NCBI GenBank assembly: GCA_964534625.1
Contig: CAZHRF010000018.1
Location: 1 to 52,734 of the forward strand
Direction of reading: 5' to 3'
Source: an uncultured archaeon
Lineage (GTDB): Archaea > Asgardarchaeota > Heimdallarchaeia > Heimdallarchaeales > Heimdallarchaeaceae
DNA length: 52,734 bases
In this document: positions 1 to 9,419 of the stretch, piece after piece
Numbering within the stretch: the first letter of the stretch is position 1
Layout: each line of letters opens with the position of its first letter
Position numbers and translations under genes: made by a program
Notes under the pieces: generated by a model
Seen by the model: the letters and a program-made list of their open reading frames with translations, nothing else
What the model was told of the DNA's origin: nothing
The model's database searches: none

Positions 1-31
1 CCTTTTTTTAACTTGTATCTTATTCTTTCTA

Positions 32-100
32 TTTTGTAACTTTTTTATTTTCTTGAGATCAAAAAGCTTACTTTGGGATAGGTGACTTGTCACCAGCGAG
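32..100 (+). repeat. ~70-bp repeat, copy 1 (inverted relative to 6294-6364)
   Basis: TAACTTTTTTATTTTCTTGAGATCAAAAAGCTTACTTTGGGATAGGTGACTTGTCACCAGCGAG matches the reverse complement of 6294-6364 with about 4 mismatches and one indel; contains hairpin GGTGAC-TT-GTCACC. Confidence 0.9.
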
Positions 101-206
101 GTTTTTTTAGTTTTTTTCCTTTTTTCTTTTAATATTTTGTATTATCCTTCGTCGTAAGAAATATATAGGCGCAGAAATAATTCATAAATAATACAGTTTA
201 TTTAGG

Positions 207-1268
207 GTGATTACAGTTTCTCCTCGTTCCTCAAATGTTTATTCAATTAATGTTCCTGCAAGCTTTAAAGATGCAGTCATTGACAAATCGCAAGTTTTTG
301 GTGGCACTAGTGAGATGATTGCTCTTTGCCTTGATGATTTAGCTTTACGTTTAAATAAACTCTCTAAACGTTTACAAGTTGTTGAAGAATTAAATGACTA
401 CATTAAGCTTGAAGTTTTGCTTATGAAAAAATATAGCGATGATGATTCTTCTGCTTCTGATAAAAAACTTACTTTTCGGCTTAAAGATCAAGTTGTCAAA
501 GAAAGTCTTAAGATTATCAAACGTAAAACAGGTTGGAACACATCTAAATCCATTCGCATCTCTCTTATTTGGTATCTTTATGCAAATTTTGATGATTTTG
601 TTGCTACAGAAGATTTTATTCCTTTATTGAAATGTAATTTTTGTGGGTATATAACGCATGATCAACGAGCTCTTGCCGTTCATATCAAAGATCTCCACGA
701 AATTGTATGCCCTTATTGTGGCAAGCATTACTCTAATACAGAAGATCACCTTTGTGAACAGATGATTGCTTTAAGGGGGTCAGATGGAAAACAATTTACT
801 AAAGATATAATCTCTCCTGCTCTCTCCAACACATCCTTATCCGATACAGAAAAACTACAAAAAATTGTCGAAGCGTTAGATATTGATAGTTTGCAATCGT
901 CTCCAGAGAGTATAGATACAAAAGATACTACTGGCTCTGATATGATAGATGATACTGACCAAAAAATTCTTAGTTCGTTAGGGTTAGATAGTTTTGAATT
1001 CCCCAAAGCACCTGAAGATGAAACAGCAGAAATAAGAGAACTCTTACCGGATAAAGAAATGTTTGATCAATCTGAAACACAACTAAAAGAACTATCTGAA
1101 CAGATCTCAGAGATAGGAGGAACACTCTTAGATTTACCTAAAAGTAATGAAAATATACCCACACCTGATAAAAGAAAGAAGAAAAAACACCAAGATGAGG
1201 AATTAGAGAAATTAGATGATGAAATTGCAGAAATATTAAAAAGTCTTAAAAAGGATGGCGTACTCTAA
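207..1268 (+). CDS. Zn-finger protein (C2H2 + C2HC) with possible ribbon-helix-helix N-terminal region and acidic C-terminal tail
   Basis: CNFCGYITHDQRALAVHIKDLH and CPYCGKHYSNTEDHLC; LTFRL...SKSIRISL resembles RHH; GTG start. Confidence 0.7.
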   Translation: MITVSPRSSNVYSINVPASFKDAVIDKSQVFGGTSEMIALCLDDLALRLNKLSKRLQVVEELNDYIKLEVLLMKKYSDDDSSASDKKLTFRLKDQVVKESLKIIKRKTGWNTSKSIRISLIWYLYANFDDFVATEDFIPLLKCNFCGYITHDQRALAVHIKDLHEIVCPYCGKHYSNTEDHLCEQMIALRGSDGKQFTKDIISPALSNTSLSDTEKLQKIVEALDIDSLQSSPESIDTKDTTGSDMIDDTDQKILSSLGLDSFEFPKAPEDETAEIRELLPDKEMFDQSETQLKELSEQISEIGGTLLDLPKSNENIPTPDKRKKKKHQDEELEKLDDEIAEILKSLKKDGVL

Positions 1269-1324
1269 GTTTTGTTATAATAAAAAGATACATATATTTA
1301 ACAGAGAAATAGGAAAAGAGAAGA

Positions 1325-2182
1325 ATGTCTAAATTACAATTAAAAGTACTGTTAGTCGAGGATGATACTGATATTGCTTTCTTAGTCAAGGCTAACATAG
1401 AAAAACACTTTGATGATGTAATGATTAGTATAACTGATACAATAGAAGAAACTCTTGACATTCTTCATAAAAATAATTACGATTTCGATGTTATTCTTTT
1501 AGATTATTTACTTGGCAATGTTACCGGACTAGAAATTTTAGAAAAAGTGCGTGAAGTAACCCAGATACCTGTCGTTATTATTACGGGTCAAGGATCTGAA
1601 GAGGTAGCTGTCAAAGCAATGAAACTAGGTGCTAGTGACTATATTGTTAAACGAGGACACTTTTTCAATCAGATCCCCGAAGCCATCAAAAAAGTTGTCA
1701 AACTCAAACCTAAATATGATACTGCCAAAATATTTTTAGCTTTTTACAGATTTGGTAAATCGGGTACAGAACCTATTTATCTTAAAAACTTACCTGTTGA
1801 ATATGCAAATAATAAAGAAACGGTTACTTTATCTTTAGGCGTTCTTTTATTCACTCTCTTTGGTATGGGAGAAATTGATAAGATTGATGATGGTTCCATT
1901 ATCTCTGGTCCCGTTAGAATTCCTAAAATGAAAGATTATAGCGCAACAAGTTTTCTGTATGTTTTAAAAGACAAGGGACAAGAAGATCCCCGTTTTTCAG
2001 GAAAAGATTATTGTATAGTCGCCCTTGCTTATCCGGCTGATTATGAAAGTTTAGTCTATGAAATAAGCAAAATACAAAATATCTTATCCGCCTTTTTTGA
2101 AGGAATTGAAGATATCTCCGAAGTAAAAGAAAAGGCAGAACAAGTTGAAAAGAAAATTTATAATATAATTTCAAGATTTTAA
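1325..2182 (+). CDS. Response regulator receiver domain fused to a longin/uDENN-like domain
   Basis: LLVEDD, ILLDY (phospho-acceptor Asp), IITG, YIVK; C-terminal FLAFYRFGKSGTEPIY...DPRF resembles Asgard longin/DENN-like domains. Confidence 0.8.
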   Translation: MSKLQLKVLLVEDDTDIAFLVKANIEKHFDDVMISITDTIEETLDILHKNNYDFDVILLDYLLGNVTGLEILEKVREVTQIPVVIITGQGSEEVAVKAMKLGASDYIVKRGHFFNQIPEAIKKVVKLKPKYDTAKIFLAFYRFGKSGTEPIYLKNLPVEYANNKETVTLSLGVLLFTLFGMGEIDKIDDGSIISGPVRIPKMKDYSATSFLYVLKDKGQEDPRFSGKDYCIVALAYPADYESLVYEISKIQNILSAFFEGIEDISEVKEKAEQVEKKIYNIISRF

Positions 2183-2189
2183 TACGATA

Positions 2190-3353
2190 CTATTTCTTTT
2201 TCCAACACGCTTCATAAATCTCTTCTATCTTTGGTATCTCTTTTTCCCAATTGTAGTGCTCAAAAAAAGCTGTTTGTGCTTCTTTTTTTAATTCCTCAAG
2301 ATTTTCTCTGTGATATATCCTTTCAATAGTTTTTGCTAGCTCCATAGAGGAAGTTGGATCAATCAATAAACCGAGATTTTCATGCCCTTCAGTTCCAATT
2401 TTTAAACCTTCAAAATCGGATCCAATAAAAAGAACTCCTGCACTAAAATATTCATAGAGTCTATTTGGTATCCTCAAATAATTGTTTTTTCCTGGTTGAA
2501 ATAAGATTAGACCCACATCAGCTGTTCTCATTACAGAAAGTGCCTTATGATAATCCATCCAACCAGTGAGTCTAAAATAATTTGATAAATCTAATTCGTT
2601 TATTTTCTGCTTCATTGGGAGGTAAGAAGAACCAGAACCTATGATAAGAAAATGTATTTCGTTTGAAGAATATTTTTCTCTTAAAATATTAGCTGCTTCA
2701 ACAACCTTGTTGTAACCTAAATTATGATACATCACACCGAAATACACTATTCTAAACTGCTCTTGTTTTCTAAATTTTTCTGGTATTTCTTGGTCATGGG
2801 CTTGTTTAACATCAACTAAAGAAGGATAATTGGCAATATAATCACATTTAACACCATATTTTTTTTCTAAATTTTTTGAATAGGAAGGACCCGGGGTTAT
2901 AACATGATCAACTTTATGGATGTAAAACTTTTCTAGTAATGTATAAACCCAAAGAGCGATTACTCCATAAGTTTCGGACATTTGTTCGGGAAAATTTTCA
3001 TGACTATCATAAATAAAGAATTTTCCTTTCTTCTTTAATTTAGATACTAAAGGTAAGACATTCAGATCATGTAGATGAATAAAATCGTATTTAACTGAGA
3101 CTTTGTCAACATATTTTTTCACTTTTCTCCAGAATTCCCAATACTTGAATATTGCCCGTTTTTTACTCGGTAATCGTATAATCGTGTATCCATCTCTATG
3201 TTCCCTTTTTTCCAAATCTCCCGTTCGATCTATACCAATAACTGTTAGTTCATGTCCTTGAGAAGCTAGATATCTAGCTTCTTTTTCCACTCTAACATCA
3301 GGATTGACCGTACTTAAGACAACCATTAAAATTTTCCAGTTGCTACCAGACAT
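2190..3353 (-). CDS. Glycosyltransferase family 4 (GT-B)
   Basis: DVRVEKEA, IHLHD, IYDSHE, PNRLYEYFSAG, C-terminal YNWE. Confidence 0.9.
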   Translation of the reverse strand: MSGSNWKILMVVLSTVNPDVRVEKEARYLASQGHELTVIGIDRTGDLEKREHRDGYTIIRLPSKKRAIFKYWEFWRKVKKYVDKVSVKYDFIHLHDLNVLPLVSKLKKKGKFFIYDSHENFPEQMSETYGVIALWVYTLLEKFYIHKVDHVITPGPSYSKNLEKKYGVKCDYIANYPSLVDVKQAHDQEIPEKFRKQEQFRIVYFGVMYHNLGYNKVVEAANILREKYSSNEIHFLIIGSGSSYLPMKQKINELDLSNYFRLTGWMDYHKALSVMRTADVGLILFQPGKNNYLRIPNRLYEYFSAGVLFIGSDFEGLKIGTEGHENLGLLIDPTSSMELAKTIERIYHRENLEELKKEAQTAFFEHYNWEKEIPKIEEIYEACWKKK

Positions 3354-3440
3354 ATATGAACATAGATATTTCTTTTAATATGTTTTCCTCAATGAATGTA
3401 AGCATATATTCTTTTGACATTTGAGATGCTACTGATTAGA

Positions 3441-4382
3441 CTAGTCTGATATCAAAATATCATCTAAAACAGATTCTAGATCTGGTCTTTCTGGAGGTTC
3501 ATCTGATTTTTTTAGATCACCTTCAGTTATTGCACCAGAGAGGTCTAGACCGCCCCCTCTCCTTCGTATTCGAGATGGAGAGGCTACTACCATATTACCA
3601 CTCAGCTGTTCTATTTTAGTATTAATAGTTGTTACAAGATCTACAAGTTTTGAAATTTGTTCGTTATTAAATGTACCTACGCCATCAAGATCTTTTTCAG
3701 CCTGCTTTCTAATTGCTTCTTTATCTTCCGTTGCTTTTTCTAGTTTGTCAAAACTTGAAACTTTTTGTTCTGGTTTTAACTCCGTTTGCGTTTTTACAAT
3801 TTTTCCCATATGATTTTCGGTAATGGCTTCTGCAACTTGTTCTGCCACCATATCTGATGGAAATAGCTCTGTTAATTCCGTCAACACTTGTCTCTGATTT
3901 GTTTCATTAAGATTACGTATCTTATCCCTTAATTCATCTCTCTCATTTATAAGATCTGCAAACTCACTTTCTAATGCTGAATATTTTTGTTGCAATAATT
4001 TATTACCACTATTCAATAATTTAATGAGTTTAAGCATCTTAGGAAAACTTCGACTCAGCTCAGCTGCATTCTTTTGCATTTCATGATATCTAGCAGCTGA
4101 TACAATCTTTATACCCTTTCCCTCTTTATCTCGCAGATCTTGTTCTAAGAACTCCACACGCCTTTTAAGTTCTCTATTCTGTTTCATTAGTTTATCTACA
4201 AGTAACTTAACTTTGCGGAGAGCTTCTAATAGGACCATATTACGCTGTGTTAATTCTTTAACATAAGCAGAACTATAGGTATCATGATGTAAAATCTCAT
4301 CTATTTCTTCAAATTCATTCTCATAATACTCTTTAGTTCTTGAGAATAATTTTTTTTCTGGTCCTATATTTGGATGATTCAT
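3441..4382 (-). CDS. Coiled-coil protein of unknown function
   Basis: Long heptad-rich segments; C-terminal RRRGGG and PPERPDLESVLDDILISD. Confidence 0.75.
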   Translation of the reverse strand: MNHPNIGPEKKLFSRTKEYYENEFEEIDEILHHDTYSSAYVKELTQRNMVLLEALRKVKLLVDKLMKQNRELKRRVEFLEQDLRDKEGKGIKIVSAARYHEMQKNAAELSRSFPKMLKLIKLLNSGNKLLQQKYSALESEFADLINERDELRDKIRNLNETNQRQVLTELTELFPSDMVAEQVAEAITENHMGKIVKTQTELKPEQKVSSFDKLEKATEDKEAIRKQAEKDLDGVGTFNNEQISKLVDLVTTINTKIEQLSGNMVVASPSRIRRRGGGLDLSGAITEGDLKKSDEPPERPDLESVLDDILISD

Positions 4383-4530
4383 TTATTCCACCATGGGAAT
4401 TCTAAGCTAATAATAAGTCTTAAGATTATTACTATTACTATTGGGGTATATTAAATCTTAGCTGTCATTTAGATATATACATATTTGCTTTTATGTTACT
4501 TTTCAATTTTAAGTTCACATTCTCCATTGC

Positions 4531-4565
4531 CAGAAAGCCGACTCCTTTAGGGTAGAGTAGTTCAT
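4531..4565 (+). mobile_element. IS200/IS605 (IS1341/TnpB-type) right-end-like remnant
   Basis: GAAAGCCGACTCCTTTAGGGTAGAGTAGTTCAT resembles the GAAGCCnnnnCTTTAGnnnGGGTAGTTCAY hairpin end of tnpB elements; no transposase or tnpB in window. Confidence 0.55.
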
Positions 4566-4596
4566 ATTATGCATGAATAATTTAAAGATATGAAGG

Positions 4597-4667
4597 AAAG
4601 GTTGGTAATGAATTAAAAGAAGAAAAAACTAAATTTTTTAACAATAGAAACAAACTCTTTGCTTCAC
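4597..4667 (+). repeat. Exact 71-bp intergenic copy of coding sequence 5200-5270
   Basis: AAAGGTTGGTAATGAATTAAAAGAAGAAAAAACTAAATTTTTTAACAATAGAAACAAACTCTTTGCTTCAC occurs at both positions. Confidence 0.95.
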
Positions 4668-4795
4668 CTGAAGATACTTTATACTGCATTATTATTATAG
4701 TCTACTGCTTTTATCATAGTTATCTGTTATTGCGAAAAGATTTATAATCTATCCTATTAACTTCATGTATCCAATATTATTAAAGCGTGAAATAA

Positions 4796-6124
4796 ATGGT
4801 TGCAGTTCAATATGTAGATATAGGCATTGCGTATGGAGATTTCATAGTTTGTCAACATTTAGATTTAGACATTGAAGATGGAGAGATAACTACTCTTTTA
4901 GGTCCTAGTGGTTGTGGTAAAACCACTTTATTACGTTCATTAGCTGGTTTTGTTGAACCTTTTCAAGGTAGAATACATATGGATAATAAAGATATTACTG
5001 AATTGCCTCCCCAGAAAAGAAATACTGCCATGATATTTCAAAACTATGCTTTATGGCCACATATGAATGTTTTTCGTAATATCGAATATGGGCTTAAATT
5101 ACGTAGCAAAGACAAATTAAAAGATACGAAACGCCCTTGGTATGCCCGTTTTTTCTGGCTTACTAAACCCGTTTTTTGGTTTCATAAACAAACTTTTGTA
5201 AAGGTTGGTAATGAATTAAAAGAAGAAAAAACTAAATTTTTTAACAATAGAAACAAACTCTTTGCTTCACTCTTATGGCCTTTCAAGTTAGTATTTCGAG
5301 GCATTAAGCTAATATTTGAGCAATCTACTCAAGTATATTACGATAAAAAAGCATCAGTTGATCCTCACTTCAAATTTCGTCGAGATAAAGTGTTTAAAGT
5401 TTTACAGTTAGTACATCTGGAGAATCAAGCTTATAAAAGCCCCCCTCAGTTATCAGGAGGTCAACAACAGCGTATTGCATTATGTAGGGCTATAGTCGTT
5501 GAACCGGACATATTGCTTTGTGATGAGCCTTTAAGTAACTTAGATGCTAAACTTAGATCTGAATTACGAACAGAAATTCGCTCTATTATTAAAAATATAG
5601 GTATAACAGCTGTTTATGTTACCCACGATCAAGAAGAAGCACTAGCAATTAGCGATAAAATAGCTATTATGCATGAGGGAAACATCGAACAATATGGTGA
5701 CCCCATAAAGGTATTTAATGATCCTCAAACCCTATTTGTAGCCCAATTCATCGGTGAGTCAACCACCATCAATGGAAAAGTTACAGCAGAAGAAACAATA
5801 ACTCTTGAGGGTGGAGAGGTTCTAAAGATAAAAACAAAGGAAAAGTTACCTAAAGCAACAGATTTGCAAATAGTTATTAGACCTGAAGATGTTAAATTAG
5901 TTCAAGAGAATGGCTATCATCCAATTGAATTCGAGATAAATACAATAGAATACCTTGGTGTTATGCTTAAATTAACGGGTAAACTTAAAGATGGTACTAT
6001 ACTTCTTGTTGATGTAGAAAAACAACCAGAAGCTTATACTTCACTGAAAGTTGGTAACAAACTAACTGGATATGTAAAACCAGAGGCTATTTTTGTTTTT
6101 AAAGATAATCAAAGGGTATATTAA
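4796..6124 (+). CDS. ABC transporter ATP-binding protein (MalK/PotA/FbpC type, TOBE C-terminus) with ~90-aa insertion
   Basis: Walker A GPSGCGKT, Q-loop FQNYALWPH, LSGGQ, Walker B LLCDEP, VTHD. Confidence 0.93.
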   Translation: MVAVQYVDIGIAYGDFIVCQHLDLDIEDGEITTLLGPSGCGKTTLLRSLAGFVEPFQGRIHMDNKDITELPPQKRNTAMIFQNYALWPHMNVFRNIEYGLKLRSKDKLKDTKRPWYARFFWLTKPVFWFHKQTFVKVGNELKEEKTKFFNNRNKLFASLLWPFKLVFRGIKLIFEQSTQVYYDKKASVDPHFKFRRDKVFKVLQLVHLENQAYKSPPQLSGGQQQRIALCRAIVVEPDILLCDEPLSNLDAKLRSELRTEIRSIIKNIGITAVYVTHDQEEALAISDKIAIMHEGNIEQYGDPIKVFNDPQTLFVAQFIGESTTINGKVTAEETITLEGGEVLKIKTKEKLPKATDLQIVIRPEDVKLVQENGYHPIEFEINTIEYLGVMLKLTGKLKDGTILLVDVEKQPEAYTSLKVGNKLTGYVKPEAIFVFKDNQRVY

Positions 6125-6293
6125 ACATTTTTTGTTTTTTCATCATTAAACTATCATTTAAAATGTCTTTAGAATTAGTTTTTTACTAATCTTTGTCTTT
6201 TAGAGCATAATTACATGGTCTATTTTTAGGGAAATCTGTAATATATTTGTACTTAGGAAACGGAATTTTTTCAAATTATCATATTTACAAAAA

Positions 6294-6364
6294 CTCGCTG
6301 CTAACAAGTCACCTATCCCAAAGTAAGCTTTTTTGATCACAAGAAAATAAAAAAGTTATAAAAA
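6294..6364 (-). repeat. ~70-bp repeat, copy 2 (inverted)
   Basis: Reverse complement of 32-100. Confidence 0.9.
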
Positions 6365-6429
6365 ATCAAAGGTTAACAGAAAAACGGAATTATTAGAATA
6401 TAAATAAAGTAAAAGGGAAAAAATGGACA

Positions 6430-8448
6430 CTAGAGGTTGTTTATTATTCTTTTTCTTTTTTTTCTTATGAGTACCATTAATATTCCAATGGCAGTAAGTA
6501 AAATAGAATAATTGGTTTTTTCAGTAAGTGTTGTGGTTTCTGTTTCTTCATCTGGAGGATAATAAAATTCTATTTGCAAAGAAAATTGTACTATTTCATT
6601 TTCACCTGTTTGCGTTTCTTCATCGGCATAATATATCATAACTGTATCTTTTTTGTTTACATATAGTTTATTATTTTCAGAAGGTGCTTCATCCACTAAT
6701 TTCACTATAGAACTGAATAGAGTTGAGCTTTTACTTTTTTCTTTTAATACGACATTTAATCCCAGTGGATCTGCCGTGGAATTCACAAGGACAATGACTT
6801 CTTCGATTGCTGATTCGTTCTTATTCAAGTCTCTATCTAGAAGCTGGATTTCAATTTTGTTATTATCCACAACTTTACAATTTAAAGAACCGCGAATATT
6901 ACCTTTAAGTGTAATAAACTGGGATGTAGATACAACTTTGTCAATGCCATCATTTGCGCTCACTCTAAATTGAAATTCTCCCGTGGGTATTGAGGCTAAA
7001 TCAATTAAGTAGTTCTGTTCACTAATATTGCGAGAGAGTGCATTCCATTTATTATTATTTCCATAGTACAGAGTAAAAGTTAGATCATCTTGATCTACAT
7101 CAAACGCTTCCCAAGAAATATTTAGATATTGTTCATCAACTGTTAACTCTATAGTAGGTTCAGATAAAACAGGTATAGAATTTTCTTCTTCATAGTGCGG
7201 ATTTGTCGCTAGTAGAAATAGTGCGTTATAAATAAGTTCTGAATTTGCTATTACTTGATCAGCGGGAGGATTAAAAAACTCCCAAAAATAGTCGCTGAAA
7301 TCATTTCCATAAGTCTCAATTGTAATAGCCAAAATATCGCGTATTCCCAATTGATGATCACCCCAATCACCATTAGTAGCATAGCCTCCAACTTCTTCCC
7401 ACGTTGGAAAACCAGTTATGTTTTTTAATGCTGATAAAACAGCCTCAAATTCTTTTACATGAGGTGGAGGATCACTTGTGTGTCCCCAAGGAGCAATTAG
7501 GGCTTTTATTCCAGAATGTAAACTAACAGCCCATCTAAAATCGTGTTCATATGAAAAATCTACCAATGCTCGAACTTCTGGTTCGCTATTACCACTAAAA
7601 CCTCTGAAAACATCACTACGTCTGTTTGAACTAGAACCTGGACCATTCCAATGATAATCATAATTTCGATTCAAGTCAACTCCACCAGGAGCATCCTCAT
7701 TTATCGAACCATCACCATCAAGATCCTCATAAATGATATCACTAACATTAGAAGTAGTGTTCCAAAAATATATGACTTCTTTTTCGTCAATAAGTGTGCG
7801 ATCTCGGTCATCATCGATTGGTCGCAAATTTTTTCTCATTGGCGGGTACCAATGGAGGATTGAATGCCCATCTGGGTTTAACAGTGGGATCACATATATT
7901 TCTGTTGTATTAATCAACTCTTCAACAGTTTCATTTTGGTTTAATAAATCATGCATTAGCAGATCAATGAAATATAATGAATTCTCGACAGTTATAGCTT
8001 CTCGGGCGTGATGTGCCCCAACAACATAATATTCAGTTTTACTTGTTCGAATAGATTCATTAGTAATTCTTACTGTCCATAATTCTCGACCTTCAATAGA
8101 TTGACCTATCGAGAACAAATCCACATAGTCTGGCAAGTATGTTTCCAAGCTGTGTAATTTATCCGTTACTTCAGTATAATTATGATACGGGCCTAAACTT
8201 GGCCCCCAGTATACGCAATCCTCCCCCGGAAAAGCCGAAGGAGCCCCTTCATAAGTTTCCCAGATCCATTCATAATTTATGGTTTGTGTTTGGTCTACTT
8301 CCGAAGGTTTAACGTTGAATCTTATGCTAGGATAAACTCTATCTTGAAAGATATTATCGCTCCTAACTGCTATAGAAGACACTAAACTTAAAGAAATCAA
8401 AAACATTAATGCAATTGTTACTATCTCATTATTTCTTGTAAACGTCAT
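6430..8448 (-). CDS. Secreted, C-terminally anchored M14 zinc carboxypeptidase
   Basis: HHARE, LNPDG, DLNRNY, SLHSG; hydrophobic signal after probable start MTFTR (8448; ORF open to 8547); C-terminal Thr-rich linker + TM helix + RKKRKR. Confidence 0.9.
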   Translation of the reverse strand: MTFTRNNEIVTIALMFLISLSLVSSIAVRSDNIFQDRVYPSIRFNVKPSEVDQTQTINYEWIWETYEGAPSAFPGEDCVYWGPSLGPYHNYTEVTDKLHSLETYLPDYVDLFSIGQSIEGRELWTVRITNESIRTSKTEYYVVGAHHAREAITVENSLYFIDLLMHDLLNQNETVEELINTTEIYVIPLLNPDGHSILHWYPPMRKNLRPIDDDRDRTLIDEKEVIYFWNTTSNVSDIIYEDLDGDGSINEDAPGGVDLNRNYDYHWNGPGSSSNRRSDVFRGFSGNSEPEVRALVDFSYEHDFRWAVSLHSGIKALIAPWGHTSDPPPHVKEFEAVLSALKNITGFPTWEEVGGYATNGDWGDHQLGIRDILAITIETYGNDFSDYFWEFFNPPADQVIANSELIYNALFLLATNPHYEEENSIPVLSEPTIELTVDEQYLNISWEAFDVDQDDLTFTLYYGNNNKWNALSRNISEQNYLIDLASIPTGEFQFRVSANDGIDKVVSTSQFITLKGNIRGSLNCKVVDNNKIEIQLLDRDLNKNESAIEEVIVLVNSTADPLGLNVVLKEKSKSSTLFSSIVKLVDEAPSENNKLYVNKKDTVMIYYADEETQTGENEIVQFSLQIEFYYPPDEETETTTLTEKTNYSILLTAIGILMVLIRKKRKRIINNL

Positions 8449-8564
8449 TAAACTCGTTTTTTTAAAGGCATTTATTAAGTTTACTTGCATTTTATTGAAA
8501 ATAGGCAAAATCGACTTTAGACAAAATATATTTATAATTGCAAACAATTGTTTAATCGATTACT

Positions 8565-9239
8565 ATGTTTGAATATGAAAATATTAAAATCAAGTGGCTT
8601 GGGCACGACTCTTTTTTAATCAAAGCAAAAGGGAAGAATATATACATTGACCCTTATAAGATTGAAGATAGCGACCTACCCTCTGCTGATATAATTATAA
8701 CTACCCACGAGCATTTTGATCATTGTCATCCTGAATCTATTAATGCTTTATCTACAGACAAAACCACGTTAATTGGACCAAAAATTACTCAGGAAAAACT
8801 CAATGAAATAGAACAGAAAAAAGAAATTCTTGAATTAAACCCAGGTGGGAAAATAGCTGTTGAAGCCTTTGTATTTACAGCTATACCCGCCTATAATTGG
8901 CACAGATTTAGAGATCCCAAAACAAAAACGCCTTTCCACCCTAAAGAATCCGGACATATAGGACCAATTCTACACATCGATGATTTGAAAATCTATCATT
9001 CAGGAGATACTGATAAAATAGAAGATATGACAGGATTAAAACCAGATATTGCTTTGATCCCCATTAGTGGCACATATGTAATGGATGTAGACGAAGCTAT
9101 AGAAGCAGCACAATCAATTAATGCAAAAATAACAATACCAATGCATGTGGGAAGGGGAATAGGAGAGGTTTCATATACACAAGAATTTAAAGAAAAATTA
9201 CCTAACATGAGAGTCGAAGTATTAGATCTAGAAACGTAG
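8565..9239 (+). CDS. MBL-fold metallo-hydrolase (UlaG-like)
   Basis: WLGH, THEHFDH, YHSGDT, IPMH. Confidence 0.9.
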   Translation: MFEYENIKIKWLGHDSFLIKAKGKNIYIDPYKIEDSDLPSADIIITTHEHFDHCHPESINALSTDKTTLIGPKITQEKLNEIEQKKEILELNPGGKIAVEAFVFTAIPAYNWHRFRDPKTKTPFHPKESGHIGPILHIDDLKIYHSGDTDKIEDMTGLKPDIALIPISGTYVMDVDEAIEAAQSINAKITIPMHVGRGIGEVSYTQEFKEKLPNMRVEVLDLET

Positions 9240-9419
9240 AAAGGAAAAGATAATACTATTGAATTATAAGATCTCTTTGTGATTGTATTTTTTCATTTTT
9301 TCTTTTATTATTGATTTATAGCACATCGAATTTAAATAAAAAAAAATTTCCTAGTTTAAATCAGTTTATTTTGAGTAAGATTTTATATAAAAGCTAAATA
9401 AGATGTGAGTTGAACAATA

